A DNA stretch of 35,518 nucleotides from an uncultured Phycisphaeraceae bacterium (GTDB lineage Bacteria > Planctomycetota > Phycisphaerae > Phycisphaerales > UBA1924), in assembly GCA_964605165.1 (NCBI GenBank), contig CAZSBR010000004.1:1-35518 (forward strand), written 5' to 3'. Both the position numbers and the translations under genes were made by a program. This document shows, piece by piece, positions 25,361 to 33,058 of the stretch. The stretch's first letter is position 1, and each line of letters starts with the position of its first letter. The notes beneath the pieces are model-generated. The model ran no database searches and was not told the origin of the DNA. It saw nothing but the letters and a program-made list of their open reading frames with translations.

Positions 25361-25786
25361 ATGGCGAGCTACATTCTCAAGACCGAGCCCTACAAGTACA
25401 GCTACGCGGACCTCGTCAAGGACCGTCGCACGCATTGGGATGGCGTGCGCAATGCGACCGCTCAGCAGAACATGCGGGCGATGCGTCGCGGCGACCTCGC
25501 CTGGATCTATCACAGCCAGACGGACAAGGCGATCGTCGGCCTCGCCAAGGTCGTCAAGGGCCCGTACCCGGACCCCGAGCAGCCGGGCACCACCGCCAAG
25601 GGCGATCCCAAGGGCGTGCTGATCGACATTGCCCCGCTGGCTGAACTCGACGAGCCGATCACGCTCAAGATGCTCAAGGACGACGGCCGGTTCGATGAAC
25701 TGGCGCTGATCCGTCAGCCCCGGCTGAGCGTGATGCCGGTGCCTGCCAAGATCGACAAGCTGCTGATGAAGCTTTCAGGCGTGTGA
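25361..25786 (+). CDS. EVE-domain (PUA-like, DUF55) protein
   Basis: MASYILKTEPYKYSYADLVKDRRTHWDGVRNATAQQNMRAMRRGDLAWIYHS...IVGLAKVVKGPYPDP matches the EVE/thymocyte-nuclear-protein-like fold signature. ATG at 25361. Confidence 0.85.
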   Translation: MASYILKTEPYKYSYADLVKDRRTHWDGVRNATAQQNMRAMRRGDLAWIYHSQTDKAIVGLAKVVKGPYPDPEQPGTTAKGDPKGVLIDIAPLAELDEPITLKMLKDDGRFDELALIRQPRLSVMPVPAKIDKLLMKLSGV

Positions 25787-25811
25787 CTGCAGGCCTGCGT
25801 GAGCCGGCGGG

Positions 25812-26756
25812 TCAGAACCTGAAGCTCGCGCCCAGGCGCAGCCGCAGAGCCACGTCGGCGTCGTCTTCGCCGATCTCGTCGCCGGAGGCATCGAGCACTT
25901 CGTACTCGTTGTAGACCACCGCGCCGATGGAGCCGGTGATGACGATCTGTCGCGAGGGCGACCATTCCGCGCCCGCCTCGATGGCGATGCGATCATCGCG
26001 CAGCACGCCGTCGGGCACGGGGCCGTCCTCATCGAGGCGGTACTCGCGGGATTCCCAGCCGCCGACCGCAAAGAGCGTCAGCGGGTCGCTCTGCTGGTAG
26101 CTCAGGCGGAGCCGGGGTCCGATGTTGCGAAGCCGCCACTGGTCGTTGATCTGCCAGTCGATGGTGGGAAAGCCGAAGATGCGGGCATCGTCTTCGAGCC
26201 GCGAACCGCCGGCGATGGCAAGGCCGAGTTTCAGGCCGTTGTCAAAGCGGTAGTTGGCCCCGGCGTAGCCGCCCGCGGTGAAGCCCTCGCTCACGTCGGC
26301 GTCTTCCTCGTAGGCCCATGTCACGCTGGCGCCGCCGAATGCGGTCCAGCGATCGTCCAGCGGCACGAACAACTGGCCGCCGAGCCCGAAGCTCGTGGTG
26401 CGGTCGAGCAGGTCATCCACGCCCGGAACGAGGCTCGTTGCGTTGTCGAACTCGTACCACGAATACTCGCTGCCCACCGAGAGGATGAATCTCGAGTTCT
26501 CGGGCAGCGCAAACGAGATATCGAGGCCCGTATCGATGCGGTTGACCGCCACATCACCTTCGTCGAGATCGCCCGCCAAGTCGAATGTCGCCGAGCCCCT
26601 GAGGGCAAAGCCGATGCGGTCATCGGGCGCAGCGTCCCGGAAGTCAAGCGTCTGCTCGACGTCCTCGGGTCGATCCTGTGCAGTCGCGGTGGTGCCGGTG
26701 AAGAGCACACACCCTGCGGCAACGACGAACATCTTGGAGCGGGTGGCGGTGAGCAT
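25812..26756 (-). CDS. Outer-membrane beta-barrel protein, uncharacterised
   Basis: Signal peptide MLTATRSKMFVVAAGCVLFTGTTATAQ, alternating hydrophobic beta-strand pattern, and C-terminal ...RLGASFRF ending in Phe (an OMP insertion signature). The ORF-track extension to 27317 crosses the tRNA-Lys gene and is rejected. Confidence 0.7.
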   Translation of the reverse strand: MLTATRSKMFVVAAGCVLFTGTTATAQDRPEDVEQTLDFRDAAPDDRIGFALRGSATFDLAGDLDEGDVAVNRIDTGLDISFALPENSRFILSVGSEYSWYEFDNATSLVPGVDDLLDRTTSFGLGGQLFVPLDDRWTAFGGASVTWAYEEDADVSEGFTAGGYAGANYRFDNGLKLGLAIAGGSRLEDDARIFGFPTIDWQINDQWRLRNIGPRLRLSYQQSDPLTLFAVGGWESREYRLDEDGPVPDGVLRDDRIAIEAGAEWSPSRQIVITGSIGAVVYNEYEVLDASGDEIGEDDADVALRLRLGASFRF

Positions 26757-27053
26757 CGAGGATCCTGCGGGTCTCGTCACGGGGAATCTCCGGGCGCGAG
26801 GAATTTCCAGGCGTTCACATGCGGGCATCGAATGGATGGGCAGTGTACGGCGATCGTGGCCGCTCGCCACCCGAGCGCTGACGAGCGGGCGTTCGCATCT
26901 CACCGGGCAGCGGATGCGAACCGATGCAGACGTGCCGAGCGAGGAATCGACTTCACAGCAAAGGCGACGGAAGTGCGCGAATGCCGCCTCATAGCTGACC
27001 GCTGGCGATGAACCGCGTATCGTGTGAGTCCTTCCCGGCGTGGGCTGGGCATC

Positions 27054-27126
27054 GAGGGCGTAGCTCAGTTGGCAGAGCAGCGGACTTTTAATCCGCGGGT
27101 CCAGGGTTCGAGTCCCTGCGCCCTTA
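27054..27126 (+). tRNA. tRNA-Lys (anticodon UUU)
   Basis: Manual cloverleaf: acceptor GAGGGCG/CGCCCTT, D-arm GCTC-AGTTGGCA-GAGC, anticodon arm GCGGA-CTTTTAA-TCCGC, variable loop GGGTC, T-arm CAGGG-TTCGAGT-CCCTG, discriminator A. CCA is not encoded. Confidence 0.95.
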
Positions 27127-27184
27127 CTTCGGTAAGGCAGCGTCTCGCTTGAGCGGGATGCACCAAGGTGGGAGCGAGGTGCTG

Positions 27185-30100
27185 ATGGACGCGGTGCATG
27201 CCACGTGGGCGGACGGGTGTCTCTCCTTATGGGTCGAGTCCTTCGATCGCTTCGTGGATGGAAACGTCGAGCCCGGCGCCAACGAGGACACCCATCCATT
27301 CGCTGCAGACGCGGCATCCGTGCTCGAAGCCCTCGGCATTCTTGAGCCCGGTGAACTGCAGGATCCGGCTGAGTCCGGCGCGACTCCCCGCGGGCCCACC
27401 ATCGATGTGCTGCTGCCGGGTCGTGATGGTCGGCCCCTGCCGAGCCCTGAGCTTGCCCACGCAGCGGGCAGATCCGCCTCGGGTGAACTCGATGATGAGC
27501 CCCCGTTTCTTGAGCGCTACGCGGTGCCCGTTGCGAGGCCGAGGGCTGCAGCGGTCAGCCAGGTGCTCGAGCGCCTGATCGAGCGAGCCGACCGCGATGA
27601 CGACAGCGTCTCTCTCGTCGAGCCATCGACGGGCGGCGTGGCGGTGCAGACACAGGTGCTGGCCGGCTCTTCGGTCCGGGCCTTTGCGCTCGTTGCCCGC
27701 GTCGCGCGGCATTTGCTGGCGCAGCAGCGGTTCGTTCCGATGATCATGCACGACCCCGGCGGCGCGATGAGCGCAAGCTGGCGGCCATGGCTGGGCGACG
27801 ATCAGCAGGCCGAGCGTGTGCAGTTGCTCGCCCGTTCTCTGCCGCCCGTCGCCAGGGCGTCTGCAGTGGAAGCCGAGCAGGATGCGATGGTCGTCATCGA
27901 ATCGTTCCTTGGCTGGGTCATCGACGAGACTGTTCGCCGCGTGCTCCACGATGAGCAGATGGGCGAGGCGCTGGAGGCCGGGCGCGATCGTGCGCAGGCG
28001 GACGACCCTCACCTGCTCTGGCTCGGCGGTCTGATCGGCGACAGCGGCTCCATGGACGCAAGCTCGACCCTGCAGAGCGAGATGATCAAGTCCGTCCGCC
28101 AGTGGATCGGCGCTCTGGATCTCCGTGGCCAGACGTCCGCGTGGCGTCTTGGCGTGCGCGTCGAGGAGCCGATCGATCTCGGGCTGGACGAAGCGGGCCC
28201 GAGCGAGCTTGAGATGCACTGGCTGCTCAAGTTCCAGCTTCGCTCCGCGGAAGATCCCAACGTCATCATCGAGGCCGACGATCTCTGGCTCCTGCCCGCA
28301 GAGGGCACGACGATCGAGGGCAAGCGCCTCGATACACCCCACGAGGTGCTGCTGGCTGAGCTTGGCCGGGCCAGCCGCATCTGCCCCGCGTTTGAGGAAG
28401 CGCTGCAGGAGGCTGAGCCCTCGATGCTGCTCCTGAAGACGCAGCGGGCCTACGAGTTCCTGCGCGAGCATCGTCCGCTGCTCGAAGAGCAGGGCGTGAT
28501 GGTGCAGGTGCCCGAGTGGTGGGATTCGCCCGCCATGCGTCTGGGCACCCGGCTGCGGATTGACTCGGGCCCGCCGACGGATGACGAAATCGGCGCAATG
28601 GGTGACGGCGCGGGCGGTGCCAAGCTCGGGCTCGGCACGCTTGTGAACTACCACTGGGAGATCGCGGTGGGGGACAAGACGCTGAGCCTCCACGAGTTCG
28701 AGCAGCTTGCCAATCGCAACACGCCGCTGGTGAACTTCGGAGGCAAGTGGGTCGAGATTCGGCCCGAAGATGTCAACGCTGCGCTCGAGTTCATCCGCGA
28801 GAATCCGGGCGGCCAGATGGCCTTTGGCGAGGCGATGCGTCTTGCCTATGCGTCGGATACCAAGAAGACGGGTGTGCCCGTGCTCGGGCTTGAGATCGGC
28901 GGCTGGCTCTCGGCGCTGCTCGAGCAGTCGGGCATGGGCCAGAAGCTCCCGGATGTGTCGCTTCCCGAGACGTTTGAAGGCACGCTGCGGCCGTATCAGC
29001 TTCGGGGCGTGTCGTGGCTGGCGTTTCTCGAGCGTTTCGGCTTTGGTGCCTGCCTTGCGGACGATATGGGTCTGGGCAAGACCGTTCAGCTTATTGCGCT
29101 TCTCTCCTACGAGCGGGCGATCGCCAAGCAGACGACCGAGCACGCCGAGGACGTGCCCGAGGATCAGGTGCTCGACGAGGTGGACGCCAAGCACGAGCTT
29201 GTCTTGCCGACACTGCTCGTTGTGCCCATGTCCGTGGTGGGCAACTGGCTCAGGGAGTCGGGCCGATTCTGTCCCTCGCTCAACGTCGTTGTGCATCACG
29301 GTCCCGAACGCCTCAGCGGCGATGCGCTCGTCAAGCAGTGCGAGGACTCCGACGTTGTCATCACGACCTATGCCCTTGCGCACCGCGACAAGGAAACGCT
29401 CGAGCGTGTCAAGTGGCGGCGAATCGTGCTCGACGAGGCGCAGTTCATCAAGAACCCGCAGGCCAAGCAGTCGCAGGCGGTGCGCTCGCTGGTCGCAGAG
29501 CGACGCATTGCCCTGACGGGCACGCCCGTTGAGAACCGCCTCAGCGAGTTGTGGTCGATCATGGACTTTCTCAACCCGGGCTACCTCGGTGCGGCCGGCA
29601 ACTTCCAGCGGCGCTTTGCTGCGCCGATCGAGCGATATCGCGACAAGCCCAGGAGCGAGCAGCTGCGCTCGCTCATCGGGCCGTTCGTGCTCCGCCGCGT
29701 CAAGACCGACCCGACCATCATCGCGGACCTGCCCGAGAAGCTCGAGACCCGCGAGTACTGCCACCTCACACGCGAGCAGGCCGAGCTGTACGAGACGACG
29801 GTCAAGCGCGTGCTCGCCGAGGTCGAGCAGGCCCAGGGCATGCATCGCAGGGGCATGGTGCTCAGCGCGCTGATCCGGCTCAAGCAGATCTGCAACCATC
29901 CCTCGCAGGCGCTGCGCGATCACACCGCCAATGCGCCGGTCGATCCCTCCCGCAGCGGCAAGTGTGTTCGCATCCTCCAGATGCTCGACGAAGTGCTCGC
30001 AGCGGGCGATCGCGCGCTGATCTTCACGCAGTTCAGGCAGATGGGCCAGCTTCTGAGCGTGATGCTGAGGCACGAGCTCGGGCGCGAGGTGCTCTTCCTG

Positions 30101-30502
30101 CACGGCGGTGTGTCGCAGAAGCAGCGTGTGGCGATGATCGATCAGTTCCAGTCCGAGACCAGCCGCGCGCCGATCATGATCCTGAGCCTCAAGGCCGGCG
30201 GTGTGGGTCTGAACCTCACCGCTGCCAACCACGTCTTCCACTTCGATCGCTGGTGGAACCCCGCGGTGGAAAACCAGGCCACGGACCGTGCCTTCCGCAT
30301 CGGGCAGACGCGCACCGTGCAGGTTCACAAGTTCGTCGTGCGTGGCACGCTCGAGGAACGCATCGACGAGATGATCGAGCAGAAAACCGAGCTTGCCGAG
30401 TCCATCGTCGGCTCGGGCGAACGCTGGTTGACCGATCTTTCAAGCGATGACCTCAAGCGCATTCTCACGCTTCGGCAGGATGCGGTTGCAGACGAGGCGT
30501 AG
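27185..30502 (+). CDS. SNF2-family DEAD/DEAH-box helicase (HelZ-like, with a long SNF2-associated N-terminal domain)
   Basis: Motif I LADDMGLGKTVQ, motif II DEAQFIKN, motif III LTGTPVENRLSELWSIMDF, motif VI QATDRAFRIGQTRTV. The N-terminus MDAVHATWADGCLSLWVE is typical of this bacterial family. GAGG lies 5 nt upstream of ATG 27185. Confidence 0.9.
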   Translation: MDAVHATWADGCLSLWVESFDRFVDGNVEPGANEDTHPFAADAASVLEALGILEPGELQDPAESGATPRGPTIDVLLPGRDGRPLPSPELAHAAGRSASGELDDEPPFLERYAVPVARPRAAAVSQVLERLIERADRDDDSVSLVEPSTGGVAVQTQVLAGSSVRAFALVARVARHLLAQQRFVPMIMHDPGGAMSASWRPWLGDDQQAERVQLLARSLPPVARASAVEAEQDAMVVIESFLGWVIDETVRRVLHDEQMGEALEAGRDRAQADDPHLLWLGGLIGDSGSMDASSTLQSEMIKSVRQWIGALDLRGQTSAWRLGVRVEEPIDLGLDEAGPSELEMHWLLKFQLRSAEDPNVIIEADDLWLLPAEGTTIEGKRLDTPHEVLLAELGRASRICPAFEEALQEAEPSMLLLKTQRAYEFLREHRPLLEEQGVMVQVPEWWDSPAMRLGTRLRIDSGPPTDDEIGAMGDGAGGAKLGLGTLVNYHWEIAVGDKTLSLHEFEQLANRNTPLVNFGGKWVEIRPEDVNAALEFIRENPGGQMAFGEAMRLAYASDTKKTGVPVLGLEIGGWLSALLEQSGMGQKLPDVSLPETFEGTLRPYQLRGVSWLAFLERFGFGACLADDMGLGKTVQLIALLSYERAIAKQTTEHAEDVPEDQVLDEVDAKHELVLPTLLVVPMSVVGNWLRESGRFCPSLNVVVHHGPERLSGDALVKQCEDSDVVITTYALAHRDKETLERVKWRRIVLDEAQFIKNPQAKQSQAVRSLVAERRIALTGTPVENRLSELWSIMDFLNPGYLGAAGNFQRRFAAPIERYRDKPRSEQLRSLIGPFVLRRVKTDPTIIADLPEKLETREYCHLTREQAELYETTVKRVLAEVEQAQGMHRRGMVLSALIRLKQICNHPSQALRDHTANAPVDPSRSGKCVRILQMLDEVLAAGDRALIFTQFRQMGQLLSVMLRHELGREVLFLHGGVSQKQRVAMIDQFQSETSRAPIMILSLKAGGVGLNLTAANHVFHFDRWWNPAVENQATDRAFRIGQTRTVQVHKFVVRGTLEERIDEMIEQKTELAESIVGSGERWLTDLSSDDLKRILTLRQDAVADEA

Positions 30503-30546
30503 CGTCTGCGTTACGAGCACCGCCTTCAGGGAGCACACGACAGTCC

Positions 30547-31683
30547 GTGACCAAGCCACCCGCCAACAACGCCGACAAAGCCGACGCCGCCGGTCGCAAG
30601 CCGGCGGTGTCCTCGGCGCCCAAGCCGCCGCGTGTCTCCTCGGCCCCAGCGCCGCCCGCCGTGGCTGACCGCCGGGGCGACCGCTCGACCGCTCGCAGCG
30701 AGTTCCGCCGCGAAGAGCTGACCATGCACCCCCGCAAGGTGCGCTACGGCGTCAAGCTCGCCAACCGCAGCGGCGAGTTGCCCCAGCACTGGGCCACGCA
30801 GCGCTGGATGAGGCTTCTCGAGGATGCCGCTACCGGCCCGGTGCTCACCGAGGCCATGGAATACGCCAAGATCGGACAGACCAGACGCCTCGAAATCGCA
30901 GGCGGCTCCTTCCTCGGCCCTGTGCAGGGTCGTCGGCGGACGAGCTACACGACGCAGGTCGAACTCGACACCTTCACCCACGAGCAGTGGATCGAGGTCG
31001 TCGAGGCGATGGCGGACCAATCGCTTTATGCCGCCAAGATGCTCAGCGGCGAGCTTCCGCAGAATGTCGAGGATCTCTTTGCGCCCTTCGGCTTGCACCT
31101 CTTCCCGACCGAGCCCCGGCAGCTTCGGCCCTCGTGCACCTGCGGGCACGAGTCGCCCTGGTGCAAGCACACCGTCTGCCTCGGGCTTCTCATCGCCGAC
31201 AAGCTCGCCGAAGAGCCCTTCCTGATATTCACGCTGCGGGGCATGCCCGCCGACGATCTCATCGAACGGCTGCGCCAGCGCCGGCAGGCCACGAGCAGCG
31301 CCATCGTCGGCCAGGCCGCCCCCGTCTACACACCCCACCTCGGTGTGGAATCGAGGCCTCTGGACGCCGATCTGGATCGCTTCTGGCACGCCGGCGATGA
31401 GCTTGAGCTTGTCGACGCCCCGATCGCCCGCCCGGAGGTCAGCCACCCGCTGCTGCGACGCCTCGGCCCGAGCCCGTTCGAGTCGAGCAAGTTCCCCTTC
31501 GTGGGGCTGCTTGCCACGTGCTACGACGTGGTGTCCAGCGCCGCGCTCTACCAAGACGCCGACCCGAGCGATGCGGACGTTGGCGGCCAGTCCCCGCCGC
31601 CGCCTGAACCAGCCTCCAAGCCGCTTCCGAGCCGCCGAAACCGCAAGATCGGCAAGGCCAAGCCCGTCAAGCGCGAGGGATAG
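30547..31683 (+). CDS. SWIM zinc-finger protein, partner of the SNF2 helicase
   Basis: CxCxnCxH motif SCTCGHESPWCKHTVCLGLLIA. The gene sits 44 nt downstream of the helicase. GTG 30547 is preferred because high GC3 persists through the low-complexity N-terminus; ATG 30724 is the alternative. Confidence 0.85.
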   Translation: MTKPPANNADKADAAGRKPAVSSAPKPPRVSSAPAPPAVADRRGDRSTARSEFRREELTMHPRKVRYGVKLANRSGELPQHWATQRWMRLLEDAATGPVLTEAMEYAKIGQTRRLEIAGGSFLGPVQGRRRTSYTTQVELDTFTHEQWIEVVEAMADQSLYAAKMLSGELPQNVEDLFAPFGLHLFPTEPRQLRPSCTCGHESPWCKHTVCLGLLIADKLAEEPFLIFTLRGMPADDLIERLRQRRQATSSAIVGQAAPVYTPHLGVESRPLDADLDRFWHAGDELELVDAPIARPEVSHPLLRRLGPSPFESSKFPFVGLLATCYDVVSSAALYQDADPSDADVGGQSPPPPEPASKPLPSRRNRKIGKAKPVKREG

Positions 31684-31701
31684 CCGAACCCGGTGGCTGG
31701 A

Positions 31702-31720
31702 CCCGGCAGGGCATGCCGGG
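31702..31720 (+). terminator. Candidate weak terminator hairpin after the SWIM gene
   Basis: CCCGGCA (31702-31708), loop GGGCA, TGCCGGG (31714-31720), 18 nt after the stop codon. The downstream tract (CCTACTATCAGTTTG) is only weakly U-rich. Confidence 0.3.
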
Positions 31721-32156
31721 CCTACTATCAGTTTGCGGAGCCGACCGTGATGACTTCCCGGTGTTCGAGTTTGAGCATCGAGGAACGAGGCACGGCCAAG
31801 GGTCCGGTCCTGTCGGGAGCGATGGAAGCTCCCACGCGGCCGAGCCGGGTCCAAGCTCCAAGTCCGGTCCCTCTGGAACCGGGCGATCGTGCCGCGGGCG
31901 TTGCTTCATGCCCAGTCGATCAAGTGGCTCAGCCATGAGGTCGGCGTGAGGGGCGGGCAGCGAACCGCGCCATCGTGGTTCGTGGTCCCAGAGCAGGGTT
32001 GGTCATGTGTGATCAACCGCTCATGAGCAACAGGAGGCGTCGCCCGCGCTGCGAAGAAGAAACCCAAGCGTGTCCGCCGATCGGCCGAGCACAGGCTCAG
32101 CAGGCAGCCGAGCTGCCCGCGATCAGGCTCGATATGCTGCGTTTCAACACGTTGAT

Positions 32157-32227
32157 TGCCCCGTAGTGTAATGGTAGCACCGCAGTTTTTGGTACTGCTT
32201 GTCCTGGTTCGAATCCAGGCGGGGTAA
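32157..32227 (+). tRNA. tRNA-Gln (anticodon UUG)
   Basis: Manual cloverleaf: acceptor TGCCCCG/CGGGGTA, D-arm GTGT-AATGGTA-GCAC, anticodon arm GCAGT-TTTTGGT-ACTGC (anticodon TTG), T-arm CCTGG-TTCGAAT-CCAGG. CCA is not encoded. Confidence 0.9.
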
Positions 32228-32242
32228 TGTTTTTCTTCGTAA

Positions 32243-32262
32243 GCGTGGTGTCCGCACCACGC
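32243..32262 (+). other. Perfect 8-bp hairpin between tRNA-Gln and the glmU-like ATG
   Basis: GCGTGGTG (32243-32250), loop TCCG, CACCACGC (32255-32262). It ends 1 nt before ATG 32264. No U-tract follows on either strand (a T-run precedes it), so it is not a canonical terminator. Confidence 0.4.
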
Positions 32263-32263
32263 A

Positions 32264-33058
32264 ATGACCAACTCACCTTCCTCAGCTTCGACCTCATCTG
32301 CCAGCAAGCCCGCAGCGGTCATCATGGCTGCCGGCAAGGGCACGCGCATGAAGTCGGACCTGCCCAAGGTGGCCCACCATGTGGGCGGGCGCGCCATGGT
32401 CTGCGCCGTGGTCGATGCCTGCATCGAGGCCGGCTGTCAGCGCATCGTCGTTGTGGTCGGCCACGGCCGCGAGCATGTCGAGAGCGCTCTGGCGGGCTAC
32501 TCGAACGTCGTCTTTGCCTTGCAGGATGAACAACTCGGCACGGGCCACGCTGTGCTCTGTGCCCGCGAAGCGCTCGAGGGCGTCGAGCCCGCAGCACCTG
32601 TTTTCGTTCTCGCGGGCGATGGGCCGCTGATTCGCCCCTCGACGCTTCGGGCGGTGCTTGATCGCCATGCCTCGGCCTCGGCGACCGCGACCCTCGCCAC
32701 GAGCGTGGTCGATGACCCGACGGGCTACGGCAGGATCGTTCGAGATGCGAACGGCCGGTTCGCCGGCATCGTGGAGCAGAAGAACGCCTCGCCCGAGCAA
32801 CTGCAGATCCGAGAGATCAACCCGAGCTATTACTGCTTCAAGCACGGCCCGCTGTTCGAATCGCTGGGCCGCCTCGGCAAGGACTCGGTCAGCGGCGAGT
32901 ACTACATCACCGATGTGCCCGCCATGCTGCTCGAGGCAGGCCACACCGTCGAGGTGCTGGATGCTGTGCCTCCCGAAGACGTCCTGAGCATCAACACGCC
33001 GGAGCATCTCGCTCAGGTCGATGCGATCTATCGCAAGCGTGAGGGAGCATCTACTTGA
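32264..33058 (+). CDS. glmU: GlmU-like UDP-N-acetylglucosamine pyrophosphorylase (uridyltransferase domain only; no acetyltransferase LbH domain)
   Basis: AAGKGTRMKSDLPKV and QDEQLGTGHAV match the GlmU N-terminal domain. The protein is only 264 aa, and its stop overlaps the prs start (TTGA, 33055-33058). Confidence 0.85.
   Translation: MTNSPSSASTSSASKPAAVIMAAGKGTRMKSDLPKVAHHVGGRAMVCAVVDACIEAGCQRIVVVVGHGREHVESALAGYSNVVFALQDEQLGTGHAVLCAREALEGVEPAAPVFVLAGDGPLIRPSTLRAVLDRHASASATATLATSVVDDPTGYGRIVRDANGRFAGIVEQKNASPEQLQIREINPSYYCFKHGPLFESLGRLGKDSVSGEYYITDVPAMLLEAGHTVEVLDAVPPEDVLSINTPEHLAQVDAIYRKREGAST

Noticed and set aside
26757-27317. N-terminal extension of the OM beta-barrel ORF to 501 aa (25812-27317).
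   Set aside because: The extension runs antisense through tRNA-Lys and into the SNF2 gene and is Arg/Pro-rich. A proper signal peptide starts at the Met encoded at 26756.
27227-30328. 1033-aa ORF antisense to the SNF2 helicase gene.
   Set aside because: The reason is the same as for the other antisense ORFs. The plus strand contains the ordered helicase motifs I, II, III and VI, whereas the minus-strand translation is featureless.
31780-31900. GTCCGG/GGAAGC-containing stretch considered as SRP RNA or RNase P RNA.
   Set aside because: The SRP domain IV consensus (GGUCCGGAAGGAAGCAGCC-like) is absent. So are the RNase P cores (GAGGAAAGUCCGGGCUC, GGUAAGAGCGCACC). The resemblance is limited to short GC-rich words.
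31667-31936. 89-aa minus-strand ORF, and the 81-, 78- and 63-aa plus-strand ORFs, in the SWIM to tRNA-Gln gap.
   Set aside because: The translations are Pro/Arg/Gly-rich without TM segments or motifs, and third-position G/C bias is weaker than in real genes here. One overlaps the SWIM 3' end and another overlaps the tRNA. They are kept only as part of the non-coding-gap finding.
27054-32227. SNF2/SWIM segment considered as a tRNA-flanked integrated genomic island.
   Set aside because: There is no integrase, and I could not find a direct repeat of either tRNA 3' end at the far boundary. No compositional break is visible by eye. The two tRNAs are different species.
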